This document shows, in pieces, positions 18,667 to 27,475 of a stretch of DNA of 64,000 nucleotides. The stretch is from positions 81,555 to 145,554 of the forward strand of contig NJBO01000003.1 in NCBI GenBank assembly GCA_005223075.1, given 5' to 3'. Source of the DNA: a candidate division TA06 bacterium B3_TA06. Lineage in GTDB: Bacteria; Hydrothermota; Tepidihabitantia; B3-TA06. The stretch's first letter is position 1. Each line of letters begins with the position of its first letter. The notes under the pieces are model-generated. The model did not search any database. It was not told the origin of the DNA and saw only the letters and a list, made by a program, of their open reading frames with translations. A program made the position numbers and the translations under genes.

Positions 18667-18935
18667 ATGTCAGGGGCAGAAACATCTACCCCGGTGTTCT
18701 TCCTGTGTGCCCTGGATGAGACCCACGTTTAGAACCCTTTTGCCCTTGAGGTCCAAACCCGCGGGGATCGCGTCAGGAGAGATTCGCTGGCACCCACATC
18801 CTCCCTAGTTCTCCAATCATCGCAGAACCAAAACCAGCAAGGGAAAACTACCTATCCCATCTTGCGATTTATGAGTTTGTGGAGAGGATAGACAAAACCG
18901 TAGCCTTCTGGCGTGATCCCCGCTTTCCCTTTGCT
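18667..18935 (+). pseudogene. 5' remnant of luxC (acyl-CoA reductase), copy 1
   Basis: ETSTPVFFL...*...ARENYLSHLAIYEFVERIDKTVAFWRDP aligns with the N-terminus of 21050-22483; contains a stop and a frameshift and is truncated. Confidence 0.85.
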
Positions 18936-18969
18936 CCTGTTCATGTCTTACTCCTTCAGAGCGGGCTAA

Positions 18970-19362
18970 TTACTCTGATTCCTTCTCTTTTTCAGCCTTC
19001 AGCCAAGCAAGGGCCTCTTCTTCGGTTGCGAAGAACTTGGTATCCTTCGCCCTTCCAAGTGCCGTCGCTGCGATTCTGCCAAACATCCGCACGGCTGGTT
19101 TCGCGCCGCAGATCGCTATCTTGTAGAAATCAAGACTCGCAGCCCCATCCTTTAGTAATTTACGGCCTTCCTTCTCGGGTATAATCTGGCCACGTTCGGA
19201 AGAGATCTTGACTGATAGATAACGCCGTTGCTCCGGGGTGAATCCCTTTGCAGAGTTAATGAAACTTCCTACGTCTTCCGTCTCGAACTTATCAAAGATC
19301 TCCAGCCACAGTACCCCGTTCTCCTCGTCGTACCAGAGTTTGGATTTGTCTTTCTCTTTCAT
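18970..19362 (-). CDS. STAS/SEC14 (SpoIIAA-like) domain protein, copy 2
   Basis: KIAICGA..RMFGRI and KFFATEEEALAWLK motifs. Confidence 0.82.
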   Translation of the reverse strand: MKEKDKSKLWYDEENGVLWLEIFDKFETEDVGSFINSAKGFTPEQRRYLSVKISSERGQIIPEKEGRKLLKDGAASLDFYKIAICGAKPAVRMFGRIAATALGRAKDTKFFATEEEALAWLKAEKEKESE

Positions 19363-19889
19363 TTTTCTCCTCCTTTTGGCGATTTAAGGGTTTCCTCGCG
19401 CAATAAAAGCGAGTCTCTTGCTTGCATCGAATCTGGTTTTAAGCCTGATTCAGTCACAGCAAGCATTACACTTCTCTATGCCCACACTACCCATACTTGT
19501 AAGCGGGGAATCTTTGGACATATTACTGTTTTTCTTTCCTTTGTCAAGTCCATTTGATTAGCTCACTCTATTAATGCCCGAACATCCCTAAATAATATTA
19601 TTTTATTACATTTATCTAAAGGAACCAACTAAATGGAACCATCTGTAGTCTTATTGGCTATCCATTTCTATTTGGAAAATGACCTAAATGTTCACTTGAC
19701 ATATGCAATTTTTTGACTATAATCAATCAATGAATAAAAAGAGTCGTTCTTTAGAGATGAAGAACTGCTTCGCCCACAGCGGGTGTTTCAGCAAAGACTA
19801 ACGCAGGTGTTGCCGCTTCTAAAAGCCTGAAAACGTTAGCCGAAAACGCTTGATACATTAAAGTATCAAGTATTAAGAAGGAGGAACAA
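19363..19889. promoter_or_regulatory. Divergent promoter/leader region, copy 2
   Basis: TTGACA(19696)-16-TATAAT(19718); palindrome CTTGATAC-N6-GTATCAAG at 19849-19870; long identical blocks shared with copy 1. Confidence 0.85.
19730..19801 (+). CDS. Putative leaderless 23-aa leader peptide upstream of luxE copy 2
   Basis: MNKKSRSLEMKNCFAHSGCFSKD*; ATG 6 nt after TATAAT. Confidence 0.55.
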   Translation: MNKKSRSLEMKNCFAHSGCFSKD

Positions 19890-21041
19890 ATGCCGAAAAC
19901 AACAAAAAAAACAAAGAGGTATGCAGCCGATTCGGACTTCGTCCGCAATCTGGAACAGGACATCACAGCCTTCATAAAGGCAGGACGTGATCAAGCCGGC
20001 ACCGAGGAGCGCTTCAATGAACTGGCCCTTCTGTTGTTCGAGTACCATTATAACGCGAATGCGCCCTATCAGAAGTACTGCCAGAAAAGAGGAGTTGCCC
20101 CAGGCGAGATCCGCTCCTGGACACAGATCCCTGCGGTGCCCACAACCGCTTTCAAGGAGATCCCCTTATGCACCTTCCCACCGGAAAAGGCTGTGAAGGT
20201 CTTCACGAGCAGCGGGACCACCCAGCAGACCAAGCGCTCAACCCTTTATTTCGATGAAGCCGGGCTTCGCTTGCTTGAGCTGTCTCAGCAGACGGTGGTG
20301 ACTGAGACCATGTGTCGTGATTTCGACAAGGCTCGTCTTTTGCTCGCTGCTCCCCCACCAACTATGGCTCCCAATTTGGCGTTGACCAACTACCCGCTGC
20401 TCGCGCTTAAAGGCCGCCTGATTGGTGAGCCGGTGTATCTTATCGGCAAGGAAGGACTTGATTTCCCTGGATTGGTAGCGAACTTAAGAGAAGCCGAAGA
20501 TCCCCTGATTCTGACCGGAGCCACGTTCGCGTTCCTTCACTTCTTCGAGTACTCGAAATCCCAGAATATGTCGTTCCGGCTTCCCGAGAAAAGCGTTATA
20601 AACGACGGCGGAGGCTTCAAAGGGCAGGCGCGAGAGATACCCAGGGAAGAGTACTTCGAATTGGCCCGTCAGGTTCTCGGAATTCCACCGGAGCGCATCC
20701 TGAACGCCTACGGTTTGAGCGAGGTGGCCACGGGATTCAATGATAACGGATTGTACAACAAGACTAACGGCATAGATGGCCCACGTTACAAGATGATCCC
20801 GCACTGGGTTAAAGCGGTTGTGGTCGATCCGGATACGCTCAAACCCCTGCCCAAAGGCCAAACCGGCTTGCTGCGCTACCACTGCCTAACCAACTTTTCG
20901 AACGTGATGGCCGTGCAAAGCGACGATGTGGGTTATGCGGTCGAAGATGGCTTTGAGGTCGTAGGCAGAGCAAAAGGTGCTGAAGCACGCGGCTGCTCCA
21001 TTGCCATGGACGAGCTGATCAGTGCCCAAAAAATGAAGTAG
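19890..21041 (+). CDS. luxE: LuxE/PaaK-family acyl-protein synthetase, copy 2
   Basis: IPAVPTTAFK, FTSSGTT, GGFKG, YGLSE, VQSDDVG and VGRAKGAEARGCS motifs. Confidence 0.9.
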   Translation: MPKTTKKTKRYAADSDFVRNLEQDITAFIKAGRDQAGTEERFNELALLLFEYHYNANAPYQKYCQKRGVAPGEIRSWTQIPAVPTTAFKEIPLCTFPPEKAVKVFTSSGTTQQTKRSTLYFDEAGLRLLELSQQTVVTETMCRDFDKARLLLAAPPPTMAPNLALTNYPLLALKGRLIGEPVYLIGKEGLDFPGLVANLREAEDPLILTGATFAFLHFFEYSKSQNMSFRLPEKSVINDGGGFKGQAREIPREEYFELARQVLGIPPERILNAYGLSEVATGFNDNGLYNKTNGIDGPRYKMIPHWVKAVVVDPDTLKPLPKGQTGLLRYHCLTNFSNVMAVQSDDVGYAVEDGFEVVGRAKGAEARGCSIAMDELISAQKMK

Positions 21042-21049
21042 CCGGCAAG

Positions 21050-22483
21050 ATGAGAGAAACATCAATCCCAGCGTTCTTCCTGCCCGAAGTTGCTGAGGCT
21101 GACCTTGGGGAGTTTACTACGCTTGAGTTCGGGCAAGGCCAGAACACGGTCAGGATGCATTCTCCCCTCCTTACACCTGCTTTGCTCTCCAAGATCATAG
21201 CGCAACTTAAAGAAGCGCGGGAGGAATACCTCGCCAAGCTCCCTGTCTATGAGATCATCGAAACCATAGATAAAGCCGTGGCACTTTGGCGCGATCCAGA
21301 CTACCCACTGCGTCGCAAGGCCGAAGCGCTACTTCCTCTCATCACCGGCTACTCCAGCGAGATGATTACCCAGACCCTGGACGAGATCGTACTCATGTTG
21401 CGGGGAGAAGACCTGAAGCTCCTTCTTGAAGAGGAGTTAGGCGACCCTCTGTTTCTGGATCAATTCAGGCCGCGGCCGAAAAGCACCGGGATGTGCAAGG
21501 TCTACGGGCCTCGTCTCACCACCGCCGTGTTCGCAGGCAACGTTCCAGGACTTCCTGTGGCAAACATCGTCTATGCGCTGCTCATGAAATCGGCGATCTT
21601 AGGCAAGTCATCCTCTGAGGAGCCTTTGTTCGGCGTTCTATTCGCACAAACTCTGGCTGAGATAGATCCTGAGCTGGCTCGCTCTGTTGCCATGGTTTGC
21701 TGGAAAGGCGGCGATGTGGAGATCGAACACCTGGCTTTTGGCTCCTCGGATGCTGTGGTTGTCTATGGCGGAGAGCATTCTGTAAACGAAGTCCGGAAGC
21801 GGGTTCCTTTCCGAACCCGCTTCATCGCCTACGGGCATAAACTCAGCTTCGGGGTCATAGGCCGCGAGCATCTAGCAGCGGACCGCGTCAGGCAGACGGC
21901 GGCCTGGGCAGCCGTAGACGCATCAGTCTTTGATCAGCAGGGGTGCCTGTCTCCTCACGTGTTCTACGTAGAAGAAGGCGGCCAGACCACGCCCAAGGAG
22001 TTTGCGAGGCTGTTGGCTAGCGAGATGGAGGCCTTTAACCAAAAGATCCCTCGCGGGAGGATCTCGCCTGACGAATCGGCACATATCAACCAGCTACGTG
22101 GCTCATACGAGTTCCGGGAGTTTGAAGACCAAGGTGTAGCACTGCATGCGAGCTCACGGGGTACGGACTGGACGGTTATCTACGAACGCGATCCGGCATT
22201 CGTGCCGTCGTGTCTGAATCGAACCATCCGCATCAAGCCGGTGAAAGACGTATCAGAAGTGGTTGGATTGATCGAACCCATAAAGGGCTACCTGCAGACG
22301 GTAGGCGCAGCTCTGCCACAAGAAAGGTTCTTATCCCTGGCGAATAAGATGGGCCAACTAGGGGCAGATCGCATCTGCCCTCTGGGCAAGATGACCGCTC
22401 CTTCCCTCACCTGGCATCACGACGGACGCTTCAACATACTCGATCTGCTCAGATGGACTGATATAGAACAAGGCTCAACATAA
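21050..22483 (+). CDS. luxC: LuxC-family acyl-CoA reductase
   Basis: AGNVP, KSSS, WKGG, YGG, YGHKLSF, catalytic FDQQGCLSPH, LQTVG, G.DRICPLG.M and HDG motifs. Confidence 0.92.
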   Translation: MRETSIPAFFLPEVAEADLGEFTTLEFGQGQNTVRMHSPLLTPALLSKIIAQLKEAREEYLAKLPVYEIIETIDKAVALWRDPDYPLRRKAEALLPLITGYSSEMITQTLDEIVLMLRGEDLKLLLEEELGDPLFLDQFRPRPKSTGMCKVYGPRLTTAVFAGNVPGLPVANIVYALLMKSAILGKSSSEEPLFGVLFAQTLAEIDPELARSVAMVCWKGGDVEIEHLAFGSSDAVVVYGGEHSVNEVRKRVPFRTRFIAYGHKLSFGVIGREHLAADRVRQTAAWAAVDASVFDQQGCLSPHVFYVEEGGQTTPKEFARLLASEMEAFNQKIPRGRISPDESAHINQLRGSYEFREFEDQGVALHASSRGTDWTVIYERDPAFVPSCLNRTIRIKPVKDVSEVVGLIEPIKGYLQTVGAALPQERFLSLANKMGQLGADRICPLGKMTAPSLTWHHDGRFNILDLLRWTDIEQGST

Positions 22484-22517
22484 GCTGAGAACAAGAAAAA
22501 ACTGGGGGGCTAAACAC

Positions 22518-22560
22518 GTCCCCACGGGGTTGGAAACAACTCCGTGGGGACTTTGTTTTC
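22518..22560. terminator. Intrinsic terminator between convergent luxC and SDR
   Basis: GTCCCCACGGGGTTG-GAAA-CAACTCCGTGGGGAC followed by TTTGTTTTC. Confidence 0.85.
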
Positions 22561-22605
22561 TGGTTCACCTCCTTTAGGGTTTAGCTCACAGCTTGGTTGT
22601 TTTCT

Positions 22606-23466
22606 TCATGACGCCAGCCCTGTTAACTCCTCACTGATTTTCCACAGCCGCTGCCAAGCTTCTTGGTTGTAAGAGGCTTTGGACGAACGCTTGGGTTTTC
22701 GCTTGGAGAAATACTTTCCGGTGACGCCCTCCACCTCCGGCGAGGACGCCAGATAGATGCTGGTCAGCGCACCCTCCTCAGGGGGAATCGCCCATAAGAG
22801 GTTAAAACTCACCCACCTGACTATCCTAAGAGCACCCCTAACCTGATGCGCCACGTTGGTCTTCACAAAGCCAGGATTGAGGGCATTTACCGTGACCCCG
22901 GTGCCCGCCAGCCGCCGCGCGAGTTCGTAGCTGAACATGAGCAGGGCAAGCTTGGAGTGGGTATATGCTGGGATACCGAAGAATTTTTCCCTGGTTGGTA
23001 GTTCGTTAAGATTTAACCCCTTAACCCATGCGTGCATGAAGGAGGAAACATTGACTATGCGGGACGGAGCACTGGTCTTGAGGACATCAAGTAACAGGTG
23101 GGTCAACAAAAAAGGAGCGATATGGTTGACGGCAAAGAACATCTCGATACCGTCGGAGCTCTGGGCTCGTTCGGCAAGACCAATGCCAGCGTTGTTTATG
23201 AGCACGTCCAGGCGTTGATAGCGATCCTTAAACTCCTGGGCCAGTCGGCGAATCTGAGCCTGCGAGGAGAGATCGGCAAGCATCAAATCAACCAAATCGT
23301 TTCCGCTCTCCCTCTTGATCTCGAGCCTGGCTGCCTCGCCTCGTTCCTTGCTGCGGCAGGCCATAACTACGGTCGCGCCCATCTTTGCCAATCCCAGAGC
23401 GGTTTCCTTGCCTATACCTGAGTTAGCTCCTGTCACCAGGCAGACCTTGCCTTTCATTTCATTCAT
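22606..23466 (-). CDS. Short-chain dehydrogenase/reductase (retinol dehydrogenase-like)
   Basis: TGANSGIG, NNAG, NVSS, YTHSK and NPGFVKT motifs; start MNEMKGK after AAGGAGG. Confidence 0.92.
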   Translation of the reverse strand: MNEMKGKVCLVTGANSGIGKETALGLAKMGATVVMACRSKERGEAARLEIKRESGNDLVDLMLADLSSQAQIRRLAQEFKDRYQRLDVLINNAGIGLAERAQSSDGIEMFFAVNHIAPFLLTHLLLDVLKTSAPSRIVNVSSFMHAWVKGLNLNELPTREKFFGIPAYTHSKLALLMFSYELARRLAGTGVTVNALNPGFVKTNVAHQVRGALRIVRWVSFNLLWAIPPEEGALTSIYLASSPEVEGVTGKYFSKRKPKRSSKASYNQEAWQRLWKISEELTGLAS

Positions 23467-23626
23467 CTTAGCCTCCTTGGTCTTTAGACTTATGTCTTTA
23501 AAGTCTGCCATTGAAGTCGTTGACATCCTATTATTTTTATCATTGACGAATTATAGATTAAATTCCGAACGATGTCAAGTTAATTATAAGTCTATTTTAT
23601 TGAAAGTTACAGGGGGGGACGGTGAA

Positions 23627-23793
23627 TCCTTCAGTATCGTCTTGGTAAGGTCTTTCGCTTCGATCTTGCGCGGGTTGAGGAGTGGCTTGAGTCGCGGGGC
23701 GTGCAACCACAACTCATCCGAACCAACAGCGCCGATCTCGAACGTGATGTTGACAAGATACTTGCCTCAACTACAATTGGAGGTAAGGTATGA
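23627..23793 (+). pseudogene. C-terminal remnant of an excisionase-like HTH protein
   Basis: ILQYRLGKVFRFDLARVEEWLESR...GGKV*, with the stop overlapping the integrase ATG; no N-terminal half. Start coordinate approximate. Confidence 0.6.
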
Positions 23794-24362
23794 GAGTTTA
23801 TCAATGTGGTAAGCGTTGGTATGTCGAGGACTCATACAACCCGAAAAGGTACCGCCGGTCCGCGGGTCGGACTAAGCGGGAGGCTCTTTTAAAACTTGGC
23901 GAGATTGAACGCTACAAAGAAGTCTGGATAGAGAATGTAAAGTCTGCTTCCGTTAACCGTGAGTTGGCGTTACTAAGGCATATGCTCCGTAAGGCAATAG
24001 ATTGGGATTACCTGCGGAAAGAAAATCCTGCAAGCAGGGTGAAACAGTTCAAGGAACCCTCAGGACGGGTAAGATACCTCTCCTTTGAAGAAAGAGAGCA
24101 ATTACTTGAAGCGTGTAAGCGGACTGGTATCGAGGATTTCCATTGTCACAGCCTTAGACACACCTTTGCCTCTTATCGCGTTATGGCGGGTGTAGACATC
24201 CGAACGGTTCAGGTACTGATGGGACACAAGGACATCAAGATGACCATGCGGTATTCGCATCTTTCCAAGAGATACCTCAGAAAGGCGGTAAACCGGATGG
24301 TCACAAATTGGTCACAAGTCGAGGATGCACCCGTCGAGCAATCTCCCAAGTTACGGAGTTAA
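23790..24362 (+). pseudogene. Tyrosine integrase with in-frame internal deletions
   Basis: Retains ASVNREL, NP, RVRYLS, HSLRHTFAS, LMGH and MTMRY, but lacks the segment holding the first catalytic Arg and the Lys. Confidence 0.85.
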
Positions 24363-24370
24363 AGAAACTT

Positions 24371-24442
24371 GCCGACGTAGCTCAGCGGTAGAGCAACGCT
24401 TTCGTAAAGCGTAGGCCGGTGGTTCGAATCCACTCGTCGGCT
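24371..24442 (+). tRNA. tRNA-Thr(CGT)
   Basis: Acceptor stem GCCGACG/CGTCGGC, D-arm TAGCTCAGCGGTAGAGC, anticodon arm ACGCT-TTCGTAA-AGCGT, T-loop GGTTCGAATCC; CCA not encoded. Confidence 0.97.
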
Positions 24443-24757
24443 TTTTCAATCGTTACCCAGTAGGGCGCAACCCGTTGTAACACAAGCACTTACAAGGGAT
24501 ATAGGTATCCCTTTGGGCGGGTGCAAGGTTTACCCTATCACACCTGAAAAGTAGGCGTTTGGGTGCAAAAATGGCTAAGAACCCCTAAAATAACACACCT
24601 ACTGACACAGCCCAAAAGGTGCTCGGAGAAACACAGCCCAAACACACCGCCGTCAGTTTGGGCCGCTGCCCAGAACTCAAAAGGTTAGTGCAGTAGGTCT
24701 ATATCTTCTCAAGCCGCTCTCTGAATCCGTCTTTCAAATGTACACGGGGCAACCTCG

Positions 24758-24973
24758 TCATTTTACCCGAATGTAAGTGTATCCTTCCTTTTTTATGTTT
24801 TGATCCAAATACTGACCTTTTGAAGGAGCATTCATAAGACCATCATATAAGGCAAGTGGAACACCAAAGTATTGATAGATTCTACCCCCATGAAACTCCA
24901 CCTCTAAGACTTGAGTAGATCGGTTGTACCCTACGGATACAAGATTACTCGATTGAACTGGGATTCTCTTCAT
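24758..24973 (-). CDS. KTSC domain protein
   Basis: V.SSNL.SVGY, LEVEF..G.IYQY.GVP and LMNAPSKG.Y motifs. Confidence 0.93.
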   Translation of the reverse strand: MKRIPVQSSNLVSVGYNRSTQVLEVEFHGGRIYQYFGVPLALYDGLMNAPSKGQYLDQNIKKEGYTYIRVK

Positions 24974-24982
24974 CTTGTCACC

Positions 24983-27475
24983 TCAAATTTTCAGATTACC
25001 ACACCGACACTGCTTGAGTTTCGCATTGTTGGGTGAGTATTTTTTGCAAGCTTCTGTATTACAACTTGGACAAACGAAAAGGGCCTTAAATTCATCTATA
25101 TCTCTAAGAACCGTTTCCACATCCCCTCTACTTAAAGTAGTTGATTGCATGTTCCGATGATGTGAACCTAAATTTGTCAGCAGTTGACTTGCTCTTAAAT
25201 CATCAAAAATTGCTTTCCCATCCTTTGAACGCAGAGACTGGTTCTCATTTATGTAACTCCGCAGACCATCTAACAACTCGCTTGCTTCTCTTTGATCATT
25301 CCTAGGGCCTACACGAAATTCAAGGCTTTTCACACCGAGTTTAGAGCATTTGTCTTTCAACAATTCTTCAATTAAAGTTCTACAACGATTCGCAGCCTCA
25401 TGTATATTATTTCTCTCCAATTGCCATTTGATTCTTTCGTCTAATGTAGCTGGTGACTCTATGACCTCAACCCCTCTTTCAATTGACCATTTTTTCAACC
25501 CACGAAAACGCCATTTACCTGTAGGTGACAAGGTTTTCTTCAACTCTTCAAACCAGAGATCATCGTGTGTAAAAAGCAGAATCTGAACATCAGAAAACTC
25601 ATCACGGAGTAACCTTGCCAAAGCAAACCTGTGGTTCGAATCAAAACTGCTAATAACGTCATCGAGTATAATGAAATTGCTTACTTTGTTGAAGTATCTA
25701 ATGAAGGCTAAGAACAAACAGATACCAAGACTATTCATGTGGGATTCGCTTAGAACCTTTCGCGGTGGTGATATTTCCAAGCCGTGAAACAGAAGCTTGA
25801 ACTCGACACCCCTAAGTTCTGTTTGAATAAGCTGTATTTGATCTATTTTTTCGTCCAAATGAAGACGAGCAAAAAATTTTTCAACGTCGGAAGATATCAC
25901 CGAGATCACGGCGTTAAGCCCTTCCTTTTCTCGATTTTCAAAATCTCGTAGTACATGCCACATTGATGATATTTGTTCCCTGAATTTCTCAATCTTTTGA
26001 TTCAACCTTTGGATCTTTATAAAATTATCGCGCAATGAGTCAAGCCTGGCGACATTCCTGTAAAAAATCTTTTCTTCCTCGGTATCAGATAGTTCATCCT
26101 TGAGCGCTGCTAACTTCCCTCGTGTCTTTTGAATAGCTTCACTTAAGACTCTTAGACTTTCATCATTCGGCACTCCTACTTCAGTTGGTTCAATAACCTT
26201 CTGCATATTGATTGTCAAATCGTTCCACGCATTAAGGCGGTTCAGCCAGTTAATTATCTGATTCAATTCGTCGGGCAAGGTAAGGAGCTTCTTGTTTTCT
26301 TCGCTCTCGAATTCCTGGATTCCATCCATAGATGAAGTTATACTTACCCTCAATTGTTTCACGCTATCAATAAGTTCCTTTTTCTCTTTTAACAATGCTT
26401 CGAGCCTAATTACTTCTTCTTCCACAGTTTTTTGGAGTTGCAACGTATCAAATTTACTCTTACATAGAGGGCACTTGTTTGGTGCACCCCACCCTTTACT
26501 CAAAATCTGTTGGGCCTTGGCATAAAGACCTTCCCATGCCGAAGCAGCCAACAATTCCGGTTTCGCAACAAGTTTGTTGTGTTTGCCGGCGATGGTCTTT
26601 AACTGATTACAAATTTCTTCGGGTGTGCGTATTTTCTCAATGGCCCTCTGTAAAACCTCAACCGCAAGGCGCTTTTTACCTTTGTCGGTTCTCAATGTTT
26701 GTTCATCTAGGGTGTTGGCTACTGCAATTAGAGACTCAAAATCCGTTATTGGTTGAGGATGCTTTAGTTCTGCTCTTATTTGTTCAGTCGAACTGTCTGT
26801 CAAAGTCAGTCCCCTTAATTCGAGATGCTTTAGTTCTGCTCTTATTTGTTCAGCATAACTGATAATATCCTGAATTTCAAAAGTGTCGCGACCAATAATC
26901 CGACCGATTTCTTCTTTGCTATTCTGCAACCTAGCTTCATTTTGGATTAGTTCCTTGTCATCTTTCAACGCATTGTATACCTTCAGCAGAATCTCTCTCA
27001 TCTCCGTTACAACCCTAAACCCTACAATTTCCTCTATATCTTCAAGCTTTTCACTTTTTGTCTTGTCAACGAATCTTCCTATCGTAGAATGTCTTAAAAT
27101 GAATGATTCTTTCGCGACCTCCTCTATAAACTTATTAAATTCCTCAGATTGATTCGAAGAATAATACCCCCCTTTCCTTTTCAACGTCTTAACGGAGCTT
27201 AAGTTCACATCATCAAATTCAAGCGTAACAGTTGCATCTTGACTATCGGGCAAAGCCTTATTGAAGTAATCCTCTCTACCGCAACCTTCCTTTCTAAGGT
27301 CTTCTATTTCGTCAGTAAAGAACCATTCAATCGCATCTGTAAAGCTACTTTTACCATCACCATTGTTGCCGTATAAAACGAGATTTGGTGCATTATTGGG
27401 GAATTCAAGCACAACAGGCTTTAGAATGCCTCTGAAACCCTCTATGGTTAATCTCTTTAGACTAACTTTATCCAT
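24983..27475 (-). CDS. SMC/Rad50-like ABC ATPase with zinc hook and HEPN-like C-terminus (RloC-like)
   Basis: Walker A GNNGDGKSS, coiled coils around CPLC, signature LSESH, Walker B IILDD, H-loop THD. C-terminal NRCRTLIE...TNLGSH followed by CPSC..CRC. Confidence 0.8.
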   Translation of the reverse strand: MDKVSLKRLTIEGFRGILKPVVLEFPNNAPNLVLYGNNGDGKSSFTDAIEWFFTDEIEDLRKEGCGREDYFNKALPDSQDATVTLEFDDVNLSSVKTLKRKGGYYSSNQSEEFNKFIEEVAKESFILRHSTIGRFVDKTKSEKLEDIEEIVGFRVVTEMREILLKVYNALKDDKELIQNEARLQNSKEEIGRIIGRDTFEIQDIISYAEQIRAELKHLELRGLTLTDSSTEQIRAELKHPQPITDFESLIAVANTLDEQTLRTDKGKKRLAVEVLQRAIEKIRTPEEICNQLKTIAGKHNKLVAKPELLAASAWEGLYAKAQQILSKGWGAPNKCPLCKSKFDTLQLQKTVEEEVIRLEALLKEKKELIDSVKQLRVSITSSMDGIQEFESEENKKLLTLPDELNQIINWLNRLNAWNDLTINMQKVIEPTEVGVPNDESLRVLSEAIQKTRGKLAALKDELSDTEEEKIFYRNVARLDSLRDNFIKIQRLNQKIEKFREQISSMWHVLRDFENREKEGLNAVISVISSDVEKFFARLHLDEKIDQIQLIQTELRGVEFKLLFHGLEISPPRKVLSESHMNSLGICLFLAFIRYFNKVSNFIILDDVISSFDSNHRFALARLLRDEFSDVQILLFTHDDLWFEELKKTLSPTGKWRFRGLKKWSIERGVEVIESPATLDERIKWQLERNNIHEAANRCRTLIEELLKDKCSKLGVKSLEFRVGPRNDQREASELLDGLRSYINENQSLRSKDGKAIFDDLRASQLLTNLGSHHRNMQSTTLSRGDVETVLRDIDEFKALFVCPSCNTEACKKYSPNNAKLKQCRCGNLKI
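26758..26853. repeat. 30-bp perfect direct repeat flanking a 36-bp insert inside the ATPase gene
   Basis: GATGCTTTAGTTCTGCTCTTATTTGTTCAG at 26758-26787 and 26824-26853. Confidence 0.92.

Noticed and set aside
17492..22483. Bioluminescence (lux) operon
   Set aside because: Only luxE and luxC homologues are present; no luxA/B luciferase, luxD or luxG in the window.
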